A stretch of DNA of 62,954 bases, counting the filler, from Olpidium bornovanus S191 (taxonomy: Eukaryota; Fungi; Olpidiomycota): the NCBI GenBank assembly GCA_017911155.1. It is 28 parts of 28 records of this genome, joined end to end, with 100 filler letters (N's around TTAATTAATTAA, not from the genome) between each part and the next. Parts side by side here need not be neighbours in the genome. Positions count along the whole stretch, not along the records: positions 19,639 to 23,565 come from JAEFCI010002293.1; positions 23,666 to 26,695 come from JAEFCI010012915.1; positions 26,796 to 28,279 come from JAEFCI010008583.1; positions 28,380 to 30,421 come from JAEFCI010010586.1; positions 30,522 to 33,889 come from JAEFCI010013285.1; 23 more parts are not named here. One strand, 5' to 3'. A program made the translations under genes and the position numbers. Under the pieces are notes generated by a model, which was not told where the DNA came from, searched no databases, and worked only from the letters and a program-made list of their open reading frames with translations. Positions 22,897-33,989 of this stretch are shown in pieces (position 1 is the first letter of the stretch; each line of letters starts with the position of its first letter).

Positions 22897-24960
22897 CGTA
22901 CTCGATGCACTCCTAAGGCGGCAAGAGCCGCAGCGCTTGCCGTGCGAGTGCAGTTGCGTTTTTTTTTTCGTTGTCGTTTTTCCTTTGAAACCGTATCCAG
23001 CGCCGTTTTCGCGCGGAAGTCCAATGTTGCTCGGGTTTCGTCGCCGGTCCGCGCTTGAGGCCCGCCGATCATGGTTGCGCGGCGAGATTTCTTTCCGGCG
23101 CTTTTGTGCTGATGCGGATGCTTGGGGGCGTTGTGGGGGTGAGGAGGGAGGAACGGAGGTCGAGGCGAGCGGCGAATAAGGAAGAAAAGTTTCCGGTGTG
23201 TCAGCGCCAGGAACGGGCCCGCGCTTTTGCTCACCGCGGCGAGACAAACGAAACTGCGTTTTCCCCCCCATTTTTAGTTCTTTTTTTTCTTTTGTAAAGC
23301 GTTTGACCTTACCAGGGGTGTCGCTTGGAAGGGGTGCCCGCGTGGTGCCGCAGATTGGGATAAATTCTGGCTTCAATTTTGGGGGCGTATGCTATAGCAC
23401 TGGGCCGAGGTTATTCTACAGGTGAGGGAGAGGGAATCCATTATCAATCAATCAAAAGCAAATAAAAAAGCGGGAGTGGAGACACCAGCACTACTCGGCG
23501 GAGCAGTCCCCCACACGGAGCACACCACAACAATCTACGTGCAGCCAACGATGGCGGGAATCATGNNNNNNNNNNNNNNNNNNNNNNNNNNNNNNNNNNN
23601 NNNNNNNNNTTAATTAATTAANNNNNNNNNNNNNNNNNNNNNNNNNNNNNNNNNNNNNNNNNNNNCATGATCTCCTCGACGGTGGCGGCGAGTGAACGTG
23701 GGGGGCCGCAGGTGGCCCCAGGCTGATCCAGGTAAAATGTACGGTCGTCGAGGTGACCATTTGCATATGGGGCTGGGCAATGCTGATGTGAAGCCTGGGC
23801 CTGAGGGCCATAGACGTTCTTTTCTTCCTGTGGCGGGGGAACGCTACGCGGGGTAGAACTGGTGGAGATAGGTGAGCGCGGCGGCCATTTGGTAAAACCT
23901 GGCAATACCTGGCCAGCTGGACAGTGTGTCCCGGGAAAGGAAAGGGAGGGCAACACATAGTTCTAAAATGAACTTATTTTGCGCATAATTATTACGCCTG
24001 ATCCTTGTTGTAGCTCATAGCGCATATAATACTTGGAGGACAAACGAGAAGGACGGGAGCACTTTCGGAGTTGTGTGTGCGTGCGTGTGTGTTTTGGTGA
24101 ATTCTGGAGAGGGTGGCGGGAACATTGGGGCGGAAGGTCCCCTTGTGCGGGGCCTGCCCAGTTCTACCTTATGAACCAGCATTGGGGGCAGTGCGGCCAT
24201 GTAACGGCTGGCCGGGTCCTGTGCGGTTCTCCCCTGTGTAACTGGTGCACGGCCTCTGCGGGGCGGTACCCCGCAATAGCCGCCACACACACCCACTTTC
24301 CCCTGTAACTCCTCCTGCACACGCACTCACAGAGATAACCTCCCCGCCCGCCCGTTAAACCGTCGGACAGTAATGCAACTTCTTCGCGTGGCCCGCTCCA
24401 CTTGGGTGTCTAAGGTGGGTTGGCCAAGGCCGCAACTTCGGGAGCTCTGCGTTAAGGTAACAATGTGCGTCAGGTATGAGGGAGAATCTTGCAGGTTTGA
24501 CCCTCCTCTCTCACTGATTTCTGCTACTGAACATTTTGAGCAAGGACTCGCTGCTAAAAGCATTTCTAAGGGTGTTGAAAACAACTTTTCATCTTTTGTT
24601 CCAAACTGCCGCTCCGACTACAAAGCTGGCGTCGCCCCCCCTTCTGTTTTTTTTTTTTTTTTTGGGCATTTGGGGGCGGCCGGGGTGGGAAAGGCTTTTT
24701 TTTCGCAATCCCCCTCCCACACACTCCGCGCACCTCTTCCGAGTCACGTGACCGACTCACGCGCCTTCCCCTAACTCCCAATTACCCACCCATCCCCAAA
24801 CGGCCGCGCGAGATAAATCTCAGTTTTTCTTCTCTTTTGTCGTTTCTCTCTCTCTCTCTATTCTGTCCTTTTTCGTGTTTCCCGTCGTCGTCTGCACTTG
24901 CGCAGGTTCGAGAGGCTCGTCCTCCTCGTCCTCCTCGTCCTTCTCCTCCTTTCGCTTCTC

Positions 24961-26619
24961 ATGGAGGAACACCGGCCGCCGCTACTGCCGCCTCCGACCT
25001 CCGCGCCCCAGAGATCAACCGCCCGCCACTCGCAAACGCAGCCCGCCGCCGCCGCCGCGCGGGAACAAACGCCGTTCTCAGCCGAAAGCGCCCAGGGACA
25101 GCGGCAGCACCAACGGCTACAACAAGGGACGCCGCGAACGGAACCGCCGCCGCAACCACCACCGCAAAACCCCACACCTCTTCCGGCGCCAGCGGTGCCG
25201 GTAGCGGCGAGCAACGCTTCCGTTCGGGCCGCCGCAGAGCCTCCGTGGGCCGCTGTCGATGAGACTGCGGGGGTTGCCGTTGTGTCTTCGTCGCCGAATC
25301 GTCGTGTGCCGGCTGGCAGCAGATCGCCGGAAGTCGGGCAACGGAACGGCCCGTTGGAAGAAGGTGATCCGCAGCGGCACGCAGGCCGCGGTCAGCGTCA
25401 CCCCCAACAGCAGGGGACCACCGAGCGCCGCCCGGAGGACCCGGGCGGCCGGTTGCCGGCTGCCGTCCCGTACGCGCCGTCGCCGGTGCCCGAGCTTCCC
25501 GCGGCGGGGTCGCCTGCTACGACCTGGGTCGCCGGTCTACCCACGGAGTCCGCCGACGCAGCCTCGCAGGAAGCGCCCTCGTATGCGAATTCAATCCTGA
25601 GCGCCATAGCTGACGCCATGGGTCGACCGGCCATGTTCATCCACGGCATCGACGCGACCCAGTTGACCGAAGAAGACGCGTTTGTCCTTCACGGCCTTCT
25701 CGGGTCCCTGACCGCTCAACTCGACCCAGCGGTTGCCGACCTGCAGGGTCCGGAGGAGTCGTCGTCGAGCCCGTGGCTCGAGTGGATAGACGTGGATGCC
25801 GGCTTCGGCCAAGCATTGGCCGAAACACACGTAGAAGAACCCGTACAGCAACAGCTCGCTGCGTCGGGCAGCGGCGGCGCCGAAAACAACGACGCTAACA
25901 ACGACGACGATAATAACTTCGATGTAATTGTCTATGAAGAATCCCTGGACACGGGAGAAGAGGACTCCAGCATCCCGGCAGATGAGGATTTGCCCGGTAG
26001 GCACTCCGGCAACAGCCGTTCTGGCGTTTGTCTTTGTCTGTCGAGCGCGTTTCGTTTCGTGTTCTCCCCACTCGGTCTCGGCTCGTTGGAACGATAAAAA
26101 AAATTTGCGTGTTCCGCCTATCTAAACAGCTGGGATGGAGGACGCTTATTACGACGGCTACGTCCGCGGGCACGAGTCCCGGGTCTTCGAGGTCAGAAAC
26201 GACATGCACGCTTCGGCCTCCACAGACCATGTCCTGCGCGAAGGCCTTTCTCACGTTTGCCGCCTGCTATCCGGGGACGACGTCGAACGTACAGTACAGT
26301 GCAGAGGTAACTGCGGAAGACTACTACGAGCACGGTGTGGATATGGTAAGACGGGCGTTGCCTGAAACTCTCCAACGCACACCGGGAATGGTTGACAGAT
26401 TAGGACGCTCGACCGCGCAGCAAGGAATAGCCTGGGACATGTTGCCGGTAACTAGAGCCGAGAAAAGAACAGAACGGTGCGGATTTAATCCCGGTATAAT
26501 GTCTATGGGTGGACATGACGTCGCCATTTGCTCCCTAACCTTTGGCTGAGGGCTGCCAGGTTGCTGCGGTACGCAAATTACGAAAATCTGACGGTCTCCA
26601 GGGACGATATCAGCAAGGT
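24961..26619 (+). CDS. Hypothetical protein with long disordered Pro/acidic N-terminus (3-prime partial)
   Basis: Exon 24961-25996 (GTAGGC donor), exon from 26130 (AGMEDAYYDGYVRGHE...) and an exon ending at about 26619 (LLRYANYENLTVSRDDISK). Weakly like the region before a RING-H2 in Praja/RLIM-type ligases, but no RING is seen. Confidence 0.55.
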
Positions 26620-26795
26620 TTGCTGTGTGGATTATGTACCAGGGCGGTGCATTCTTCCTCGTTTACACTGTTCGCTGATCGCTGGCGCTACCATGNNNNN
26701 NNNNNNNNNNNNNNNNNNNNNNNNNNNNNNNNNNNNNNNTTAATTAATTAANNNNNNNNNNNNNNNNNNNNNNNNNNNNNNNNNNNNNNNNNNNN

Positions 26796-28279
26796 CATGA
26801 CAGCGACGGACACCGAAGCTAGTCTACGCGCATATCGCGTTGTCCAAAGTAAACGCTCGTTACCTGATGGAAGTATTCTGTGGCACAATCACGGTTGTAA
26901 CGCGTGCCTCTCGATATTGAAGCCCACACTGGAGATGCGGACGCAAAGCTCTCCGAGCTGGTTTCGGCGCTTTCTGCTGGATCGCGGTTGGGAAAGCAAC
27001 TTGCGCCGCTCGGCCGACATCTTCAGCATCACGTCATAGATCGCGTTGTGATGGATCCGTATCGCTCGGTGTCAATTATTGACAATAACGAATACTCGGA
27101 GCTTCGAGTAGAATTTGCAAAAGGACAGGACGGGTCACCTGGTATGCTTACGCGCGGGTTTCTTTCGCAAAAATCTGCTGTGTCGCACGAATCTTCCCTT
27201 ATCTAGCTGACCTTTACGCGGGCCGCGCGCGCAGAGGTCGTCTTTTCCAACTTGCGCAAGATTTTTTTGTTCGCACAAAAGAACATCTTCGGGGATAACG
27301 CGGCGGCGGCCGCCGCATTCGGAGAGTGGGTACATGACGCGCTCCTCGGGCCGGCCATTGTCGAGAAGTACTTGCCTCGAATCGTTCCGGAGAACCCGCA
27401 AGCGCTGCGCGAGTTTGAAAATGTCGCCCACGTCATACGTGACTTCGAGAGGACCCTCGAGACCGCGGGTAGGGGCGAAATAGGAGCGCCGCGAAAGACG
27501 AGCGCCGGTGCCCGAACCTGTCTCTAAGCCTGCGCCACCCGGGTGTTAGGGTTCACGAAAAAGGCCGTGTTGTCGGCGTTTATCGACGATATCAACGAGC
27601 ACTACGTTCGGCGAAAGAGAGAAACGCTGCTGCTTGGAGCGCGAACCATCATGCTGAACGACGACTACGAGCTGGTCCCCGAAGGGGAAATCACTGGTAT
27701 GTCTGTAATCGCAACCAGGGCCGTTTCCATGGTTTACTAGGGTGGCGTACTACTGCCTTTGCCGATATCCCATCAATGACTCTCGAGCCCCTTCATTTGG
27801 AGGAACGGAGAACGGATCTGAGTCTGAGGACACCGGAAACATATTCCATTTTCAGTCCTGCTCGGTCAGCGTAAAAGCAAAGAGGATAATAGAACTCGCG
27901 TACCAATCGATGGCGGAAGCCGAATCCCTTGACCGACAATGGTAAGCTGTGACGTCACACCGCTTGCCCGGTACCGCCGCTCGAACGCCGTAAAATTTGC
28001 TCACACCGCCTCCCGGTTGAGTTTCCCGTCGACAGCGCCTTCGGCCTGTTCCACGCGACCCGGGATCTGTTCGATCTTTTCCGCGCCGTCGTCCCCGTCT
28101 ACCACGAAGCCACCCTGTCGAGTGTTCCCGCGCTGGCCGGCCTGTTCCACAACGACTGCCTGTACATCGCTAAGCAGCTGCTGGCCCTCGGCCACCGGCA
28201 CTCTTCGTGGCTGCGGGCGGAGGCGGAGGAGGACCCGTCGGAGGCGCGGCCGTCGGAGTTCACGGACTTTGTCGACATG
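26796..28279 (+). CDS. ZW10: ZW10/Dsl1 homologue, internal exons
   Basis: LPRIVPENPQALREF..FERTL, HYVRRKRETLLLGARTIM, FHFQSCSVS and RDLFDLFRAVVPVYHEATLSSVPALAGLFHNDCLYIA match the ZW10 C-terminal domain. Confidence 0.92.
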
Positions 28280-29186
28280 NNNNNNNNNNNNNNNNNNNNN
28301 NNNNNNNNNNNNNNNNNNNNNNNTTAATTAATTAANNNNNNNNNNNNNNNNNNNNNNNNNNNNNNNNNNNNNNNNNNNNCATGTCTGTAGTTGGACATCG
28401 TCCGTCCCAAACGCGGTCATCCCTGTGTAAAAACGCGCTCCAGACCCCGGCCGAATTAGCCGCAAAAGAGCACGACTGGGGCGACCTCTCCACGCGGCAG
28501 GTTACGGAGCCCACCGCGACCAAAGTCTGGAGCACGTTTGAATCCCCAAGCGGGGTCCCTGGAATCGACGTTCGGGCATTTACGTGGATAGAATGTCTCC
28601 CGCGCTTTTGTTTGCTTCCCGGCGTTCGCAACAGTTGGTTAGCAGGCGCGAGAGCGCCATCGCGGGCCGCAAAGGATTCGGGGAATTTGCAGGGAGCTCA
28701 CGGGGACCTGTTCTATTCCGCCGGTCTGCTCTGCTTTATAGAAGGGCATATAGAAGGGTAAAACGGGGGTAAAACGTGTGGTTCCAGGGGGTGAAACAGG
28801 GCGGGCGCAGTGCTCAGTCTCCCCCACCTTCCGTCACTCACAAAGTTCGTTCGGAGCAGCACGAGAACAGACGAGGCCACTTTCTGCCGCATTTTGCCCG
28901 CGCGTCGTCGCGAACAAACCTGACGCCATCAATTTGGACGAGCCTCCGCGGGCTGCAAGCGAGAAGCGCAAAAAAATCAAAGGCTGCCACCCGGGCCAGC
29001 GCAGCAACGACGCCGGAGCCGCCGCGTCCGAAAACTGAGAACAACGCGGTCGCGGGGACCCTTGACCCCGATAACTCCTAACACAGAGATGCCGCCGTTG
29101 GCGGACGGCCTTCGCTGGTCACCACAAACAGTCCCCCACGAGGCAACGTAGCCCGAGGTTCCCCCAGGGTGGCTGGGGAGGCGGTG

Positions 29187-29465
29187 TAGAATGGAAATCG
29201 GAGTGCCTGAGAGAACGCACGTCGCACAGAGCACTTATGAATTTCTTAATTATAAGCCCACGCATGTAAAATGTCCACGTATGCGCATATAAATAGAATG
29301 GCAACGCAGTGCCTGAGAGAGCGCACGTCGCGCAGAGCACTTATGAGTTTCTTAAGTATAAGCTTACGGGCAATTATGAATTCCTTAATTATAAGCCCAC
29401 GGGCACTTATGAATTTCTTAATTATAAGTCCACGCATGTAAATGTACACATATGCGCTTATAAAT
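29187..29465. repeat. AT-rich nested repeat array (33-bp units inside a ~106-bp duplication)
   Basis: GCACTTATGAATTTCTTAATTATAAGCCCACG-like units at 29231, 29337, 29370 and 29403. The flanking block TAGAATGG...AGTGCCTGAGAGA.CGCACGTCGC.CAGA occurs at 29187 and 29294. Confidence 0.95.
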
Positions 29466-30225
29466 GTGGAATAAACCTGTGTAAAGCGTAAACGTGTATG
29501 ATAGGATGCTAAAAGTAGCACCGTAAGGCAAAAGTTGCGCCATCAATCATGGAATTGCAACATTGCCTTTTGAGTAGTATTACCAAATTATATACCAATA
29601 TCGTAGACTCCGTTATCGATAATATTGCATCGGTTGACTTCAGCTGGAAGGGTGCCCACTGCGCCGGTCGACGCGTCACCCGCGGACCCCGCGAGTTTCC
29701 AAACACCGGCGGACATTCTCGGAAGCATAATCGTGAAAACGCACGCTATCCGGCCCACGTCCGTCATCTCAAACACGGCGAGCGGCCGGGGGGAAAAACC
29801 ACTCGCCGTGCAAGTGGGGAGATGAAAGGTTGAACCGAGCGCAGGATTTTTATATTTAAGATGGCCTGCCGCTTCCCCCCCCCCCGGCCCCATCTTTTTC
29901 ATCCGCGCACGATCAATCAACGTGTGCTCCAGCGCCGCATTTTTCCTGACGCGCGTCCTCCCCCCCCGCACTCGCTAACCCTTTTTCTCTTCCGCGCTCG
30001 GCTGGAGAGAGGAAGTGGGGAGGGAGGGGGGGGGGGTCGTCCTGTTTACTTTTTCCTCCCGTTCTTTATTTTTGGAAACAGGGAAATAAGCTGGGGGGGA
30101 CGGGGGAAGGGGGGAAAAAGCGCAGGGGGGGGGGGAAGGGAAACCGGGGGAAGCGCGGGGGAAAAAAGGGACGCGAGGAAGGGGGGCAGGGGGGAAGGGA
30201 GGGGGGAAGGGGGAGACCGCCGGGG

Positions 30226-30232
30226 TATAAAA
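30226..30232 (+). promoter_or_regulatory. TATA box candidate
   Basis: GGTATAAAAGG directly after a long purine/G-rich tract. No downstream gene within the contig. Confidence 0.4.
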
Positions 30233-30521
30233 GGAGTTCGGCCCTCCCGCGCGGGCGCCGAATTTCTCCTCAAACATCGCGTGTCGATAAGGGAGGAGAG
30301 ACCTTTGGCATCCCCCTGAAACAAGGACGGGAATGGGCCCTCGCGCCCACATCAAAAAGGGTCACAGCACCCTTTGAAGGCACTGCTCTCTCTCTTTCTC
30401 CTTCTCCCCTCTCTCTCGGGANNNNNNNNNNNNNNNNNNNNNNNNNNNNNNNNNNNNNNNNNNNNTTAATTAATTAANNNNNNNNNNNNNNNNNNNNNNN
30501 NNNNNNNNNNNNNNNNNNNNN

Positions 30522-32458
30522 CCTCCGGCAGTTTCTCAATCTTGGTCTGCAGCGACTCAGCAATGTCGTGCGCTGTCCGCACCTTCATGTCAGGGTCAAC
30601 GACGATATCAACCTCGACGTAGAAGCCGGGGCCTAAATTGACAGATATTGGCGAAACAAAAGCAATAAATTATTAGCAGTGTTCTTTACGACCTGTCGCT
30701 CCATTTAGTTAGGCCCTACCGGCATGGTAAGCCCGGCAGGTGTCAACCTGTAGAATCAGCGGGTGGTGCGTCACCGCTAGGTAAATAATCTTCGAAAGGA
30801 AGTGAGGCTGTGCCGACTTGCCAACGATAAGCTGTATACACTCTGAGCGCATGCCGCACCGTCCAAAAACGGGAGGACGTCAACGGCTGCGTCAGTTACC
30901 AAGATCGGAATGGACGGAAGTGCATTCATCGATAATCGTGGGAAAGAGACTCACCATACGCCGTCGACGTCCAACTTTTTAAAATGATGAGCGCGATAAT
31001 GATAGCCCCAGCGGGATCGACCCACCACACGAGATTCGTGCCCAGTAAGGAAGCAGCCAAACCGAATCCGTTTACAAGCAAGTCGTTCCGGTGGTCTTGA
31101 GCTAACGTGCGGCACGTGTGCGACTCGTTCGCTCGGCGAGCGCATAACATATATAGGCACAGTTTGGAAACTGAAAAGCAATGCGTGGGATAAACAGGTT
31201 GCGAGGGAATCAAAAGGCAGTGTGGCAGACACGCGCCTGGCACCCACAGAGTGCGAAAGCAAGGCACGAAGCTCCTACGACGCCAACGTCGACCGCATCG
31301 CCCTCGTTCCCTGCGATGAGCTTTTTAACTGACTCGATCTGCAAAACGCAAGACGTGTCACCTACGGTGAACCAGCGATTGCCGCTCACCCCAATTCTCC
31401 TTCCGTCACAGGCTTACGAGAAGCTGGATGGAAACAGTCGACATGAGGCAGGAGAAAACGATAATTCCCGCCGTTTCCATCCTTGTTGCGCCCTGGAATT
31501 GGAACAAAAGCGAATGAACGGCAAAAGGTTCAAGAAGACGAGGCTAGCAAAAACACCAAGTCGCCTTTTGTATGCAAGAATGGACCGCCAACAAACCGTT
31601 GGATACTTGTCGCGATTTCCTTTTCCGGATATCCTCTCGGCCACCAGCAAAACAAGAGACGACAACAGGTCCATGAACGCGTCAGCCATCGTCGCGAATA
31701 GCGACAGGGAGCCGGACGTAGACGCGGCGTACGCCTGCAGGCCAAAAAGTAGTACGTTGACCGCAACGGACGCGCGGAGGGCAAACTTGACCTGATAACC
31801 GGCATATACGGCGTAAGGAGGTGCTTCGGCAAATTCAAACGATAGACCAGAAATTATTGCGCTATACCCGCGTATCGCCAGTATCGTCATGCTCGTCCAC
31901 ATGAGCGAGCAGGTTGTCTATTTGCTCGTTCTGGTGCTCGTAAAACCTCTGAGGCAAAGGAGAGCGCATTTCGCCCGCACGCCAGCTATCAACGTCACCA
32001 CCTTCTGAATCGCGAGTTGTTTGTCGCAGGCAAGCGGCTGGCAGAAACAGGGATTGCGCGCGCGTACTCACAGCAACTTTCCTCCCCTGCCTACTCTTCT
32101 TCAGAGCCTGGAGCTCATCATCTGTCTTCTTCCAGCTCTCAAGGAGCAGCGGGTCCCTTTCAGTCGGCTTCCTGCTTACTCCCGAGCTGTCCTTGCGGCA
32201 ATTGAGGTTGAGAATGGACGGGGTATTGCGGCCGTAATTTCCGTAGCTAGGAATAACGTGAGCCGAATCTCTGAGCGAGGCGCCTGCCACGCCGGCCCCG
32301 TCCAAGGATCCGCCCGCCTCCGCTGCGTCGTCGGCGTCCGTGAAGGTGACGCGCGGGCTCGTTCTCCTGGCGACGCCCGTCGCTTCCGACACAGCGGACG
32401 GCCCGACGAGAAGAGCGTCGCATCCCTCCTCCGGCTCTTCACAGTTCGGCCAAGACAT
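30522..32458 (-). CDS. Cation diffusion facilitator, MTP/Mn-CDF type (3-prime partial)
   Basis: Multi-exon: FYEHQNEQID, SGSLSLFATMADAFMDLLS, KYPT|GKTRFETVGIIVF, LAQDHRNDLLVN, WWVDPAGAIIIA, VDTCRAYH, VEVDIVVD, AHDIAESLQTKIEKLPE. Confidence 0.95.
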
Positions 32459-33989
32459 GCTGTTACAGGAGAGTGGAGTCAGGAGCAAGTTCCCTGGCTT
32501 GCGGCCGACCGGCTACCGAGTTGGTTTTTTTTTTTTTTTTTTTGTGAACCGTGTGATGCGCTAAAGGATCACGTGACGATCAATGTCCTATTGCCAGGAG
32601 GCGGAGCCGGCGCATCCGGCTTCCTCCCTTAAGGCCGCGAACAGCAAACAACGGAAAGAAGACGGAAAGAAGAAGAGAGCGAACCGCAACATTTCGTATA
32701 GGGCAGTTTTCTCTCTCTCTCTCTCCGGATTCTTTCCAGGCCGGGGTCGGGTAGTGACTGGCGGTCGTCCGGAGTCGGCGGAGTTCCCGCATTCCATCCT
32801 TGGGGACGCAACCGGGCGCCGTTTGCTTCTTTTTATCTTTAATTTTTTCTTCAACGCTGGCGACGCTCAGACGTCTTTTTGATCCCGTCCGTTGACAAAT
32901 TTCACGCAAACCATTTTCAGGGGCTGCGGGAATGACCTTGAAGGCCACCAGAGGCCGATTAAACGAAAGGGATGTCACCACTTCTGAAAAAAAAAGTCAT
33001 ATATGGACGAAGCTGGTGGCATGCCTGTGGAACAAGATATTTTACCAACCACGTGTACGAGAGATGGTTTAACAAGCGGGTACTTGTTGTGGTGCGAGTC
33101 GGAAGATTGTTGTGTTTAGTATCAAACGCGCCGAAGGGGGTTTTCGAGTGGTTGCGGGTCAGGTGACATTGAAGAAGGCGTCCACTACAATTCCACCGTT
33201 TGCGGAAAAAGCGTGTCCCACGCGATCGACGAGCATACTAACTAGAGGGAAGTTAAACGCACAAAAACCCCAGCCTGTTTTCATCTTTTTCTCGGAAGGG
33301 AGAAGCGTACTAGCGGGCGGTGATAACTACATGGCAGAACGAGCAGGAGCCAGAACATCGCAAGGGAACAATCGATGGGAAGCGAACAAAACCAGCAAGC
33401 AAGCTAGCGGTCGCGAGCATGAAACGAGTGAAATTTTGAAATTGTCGATCAAGAAGATAATATCGTGGCCAATGATTGAAATTATGCAAAGGGTGGCAAT
33501 CAAAAAACACAATGGGCAGACGATCAAGGGTCAAAGCGGTCAACGATCGAATGGGATACGTGAAATTGAAATAGTTTCTGGTGGCGCAGCAGAACGGTGA
33601 CCAATGTCGGAAAAAATCGTGCCGCCCTCGGGTCACATGGTGGTGGGCGGATGGCCGTCGCCACCCCCCTTTTATAATTGGCCAAGAGGAAAAAAATAGG
33701 GGGGGTCACAATTTGCTGCAATTTTTCTATACTACATTCCGCCTCTCCGCCCCGGCCTTTAATTCTTTCATGGCTTGGATGCAGCGCCTCATTGATCTTT
33801 GCGCACACGTCGTTGGCGTTGCTGCGGGTGGGGGTTGGTTCAGGGGTTCGGCCGCGGGTCACGTGACCGTCCCTGCTCCGCATCCGAGCNNNNNNNNNNN
33901 NNNNNNNNNNNNNNNNNNNNNNNNNNNNNNNNNTTAATTAATTAANNNNNNNNNNNNNNNNNNNNNNNNNNNNNNNNNNNNNNNNNNNN

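Noticed and set aside
26692-28383. Adjacent contigs ending and starting in CATG as true neighbours
   Set aside because: The ZW10 frame does not continue into 28380 onward, and the 24961 gene does not continue into ZW10.
29231-29435. 33-bp repeats as a CRISPR array, loxP/FRT or dif sites
   Set aside because: No unique spacers and no cas or recombinase gene. Resemblance to dif (TGCGCATA) is only a few bases.
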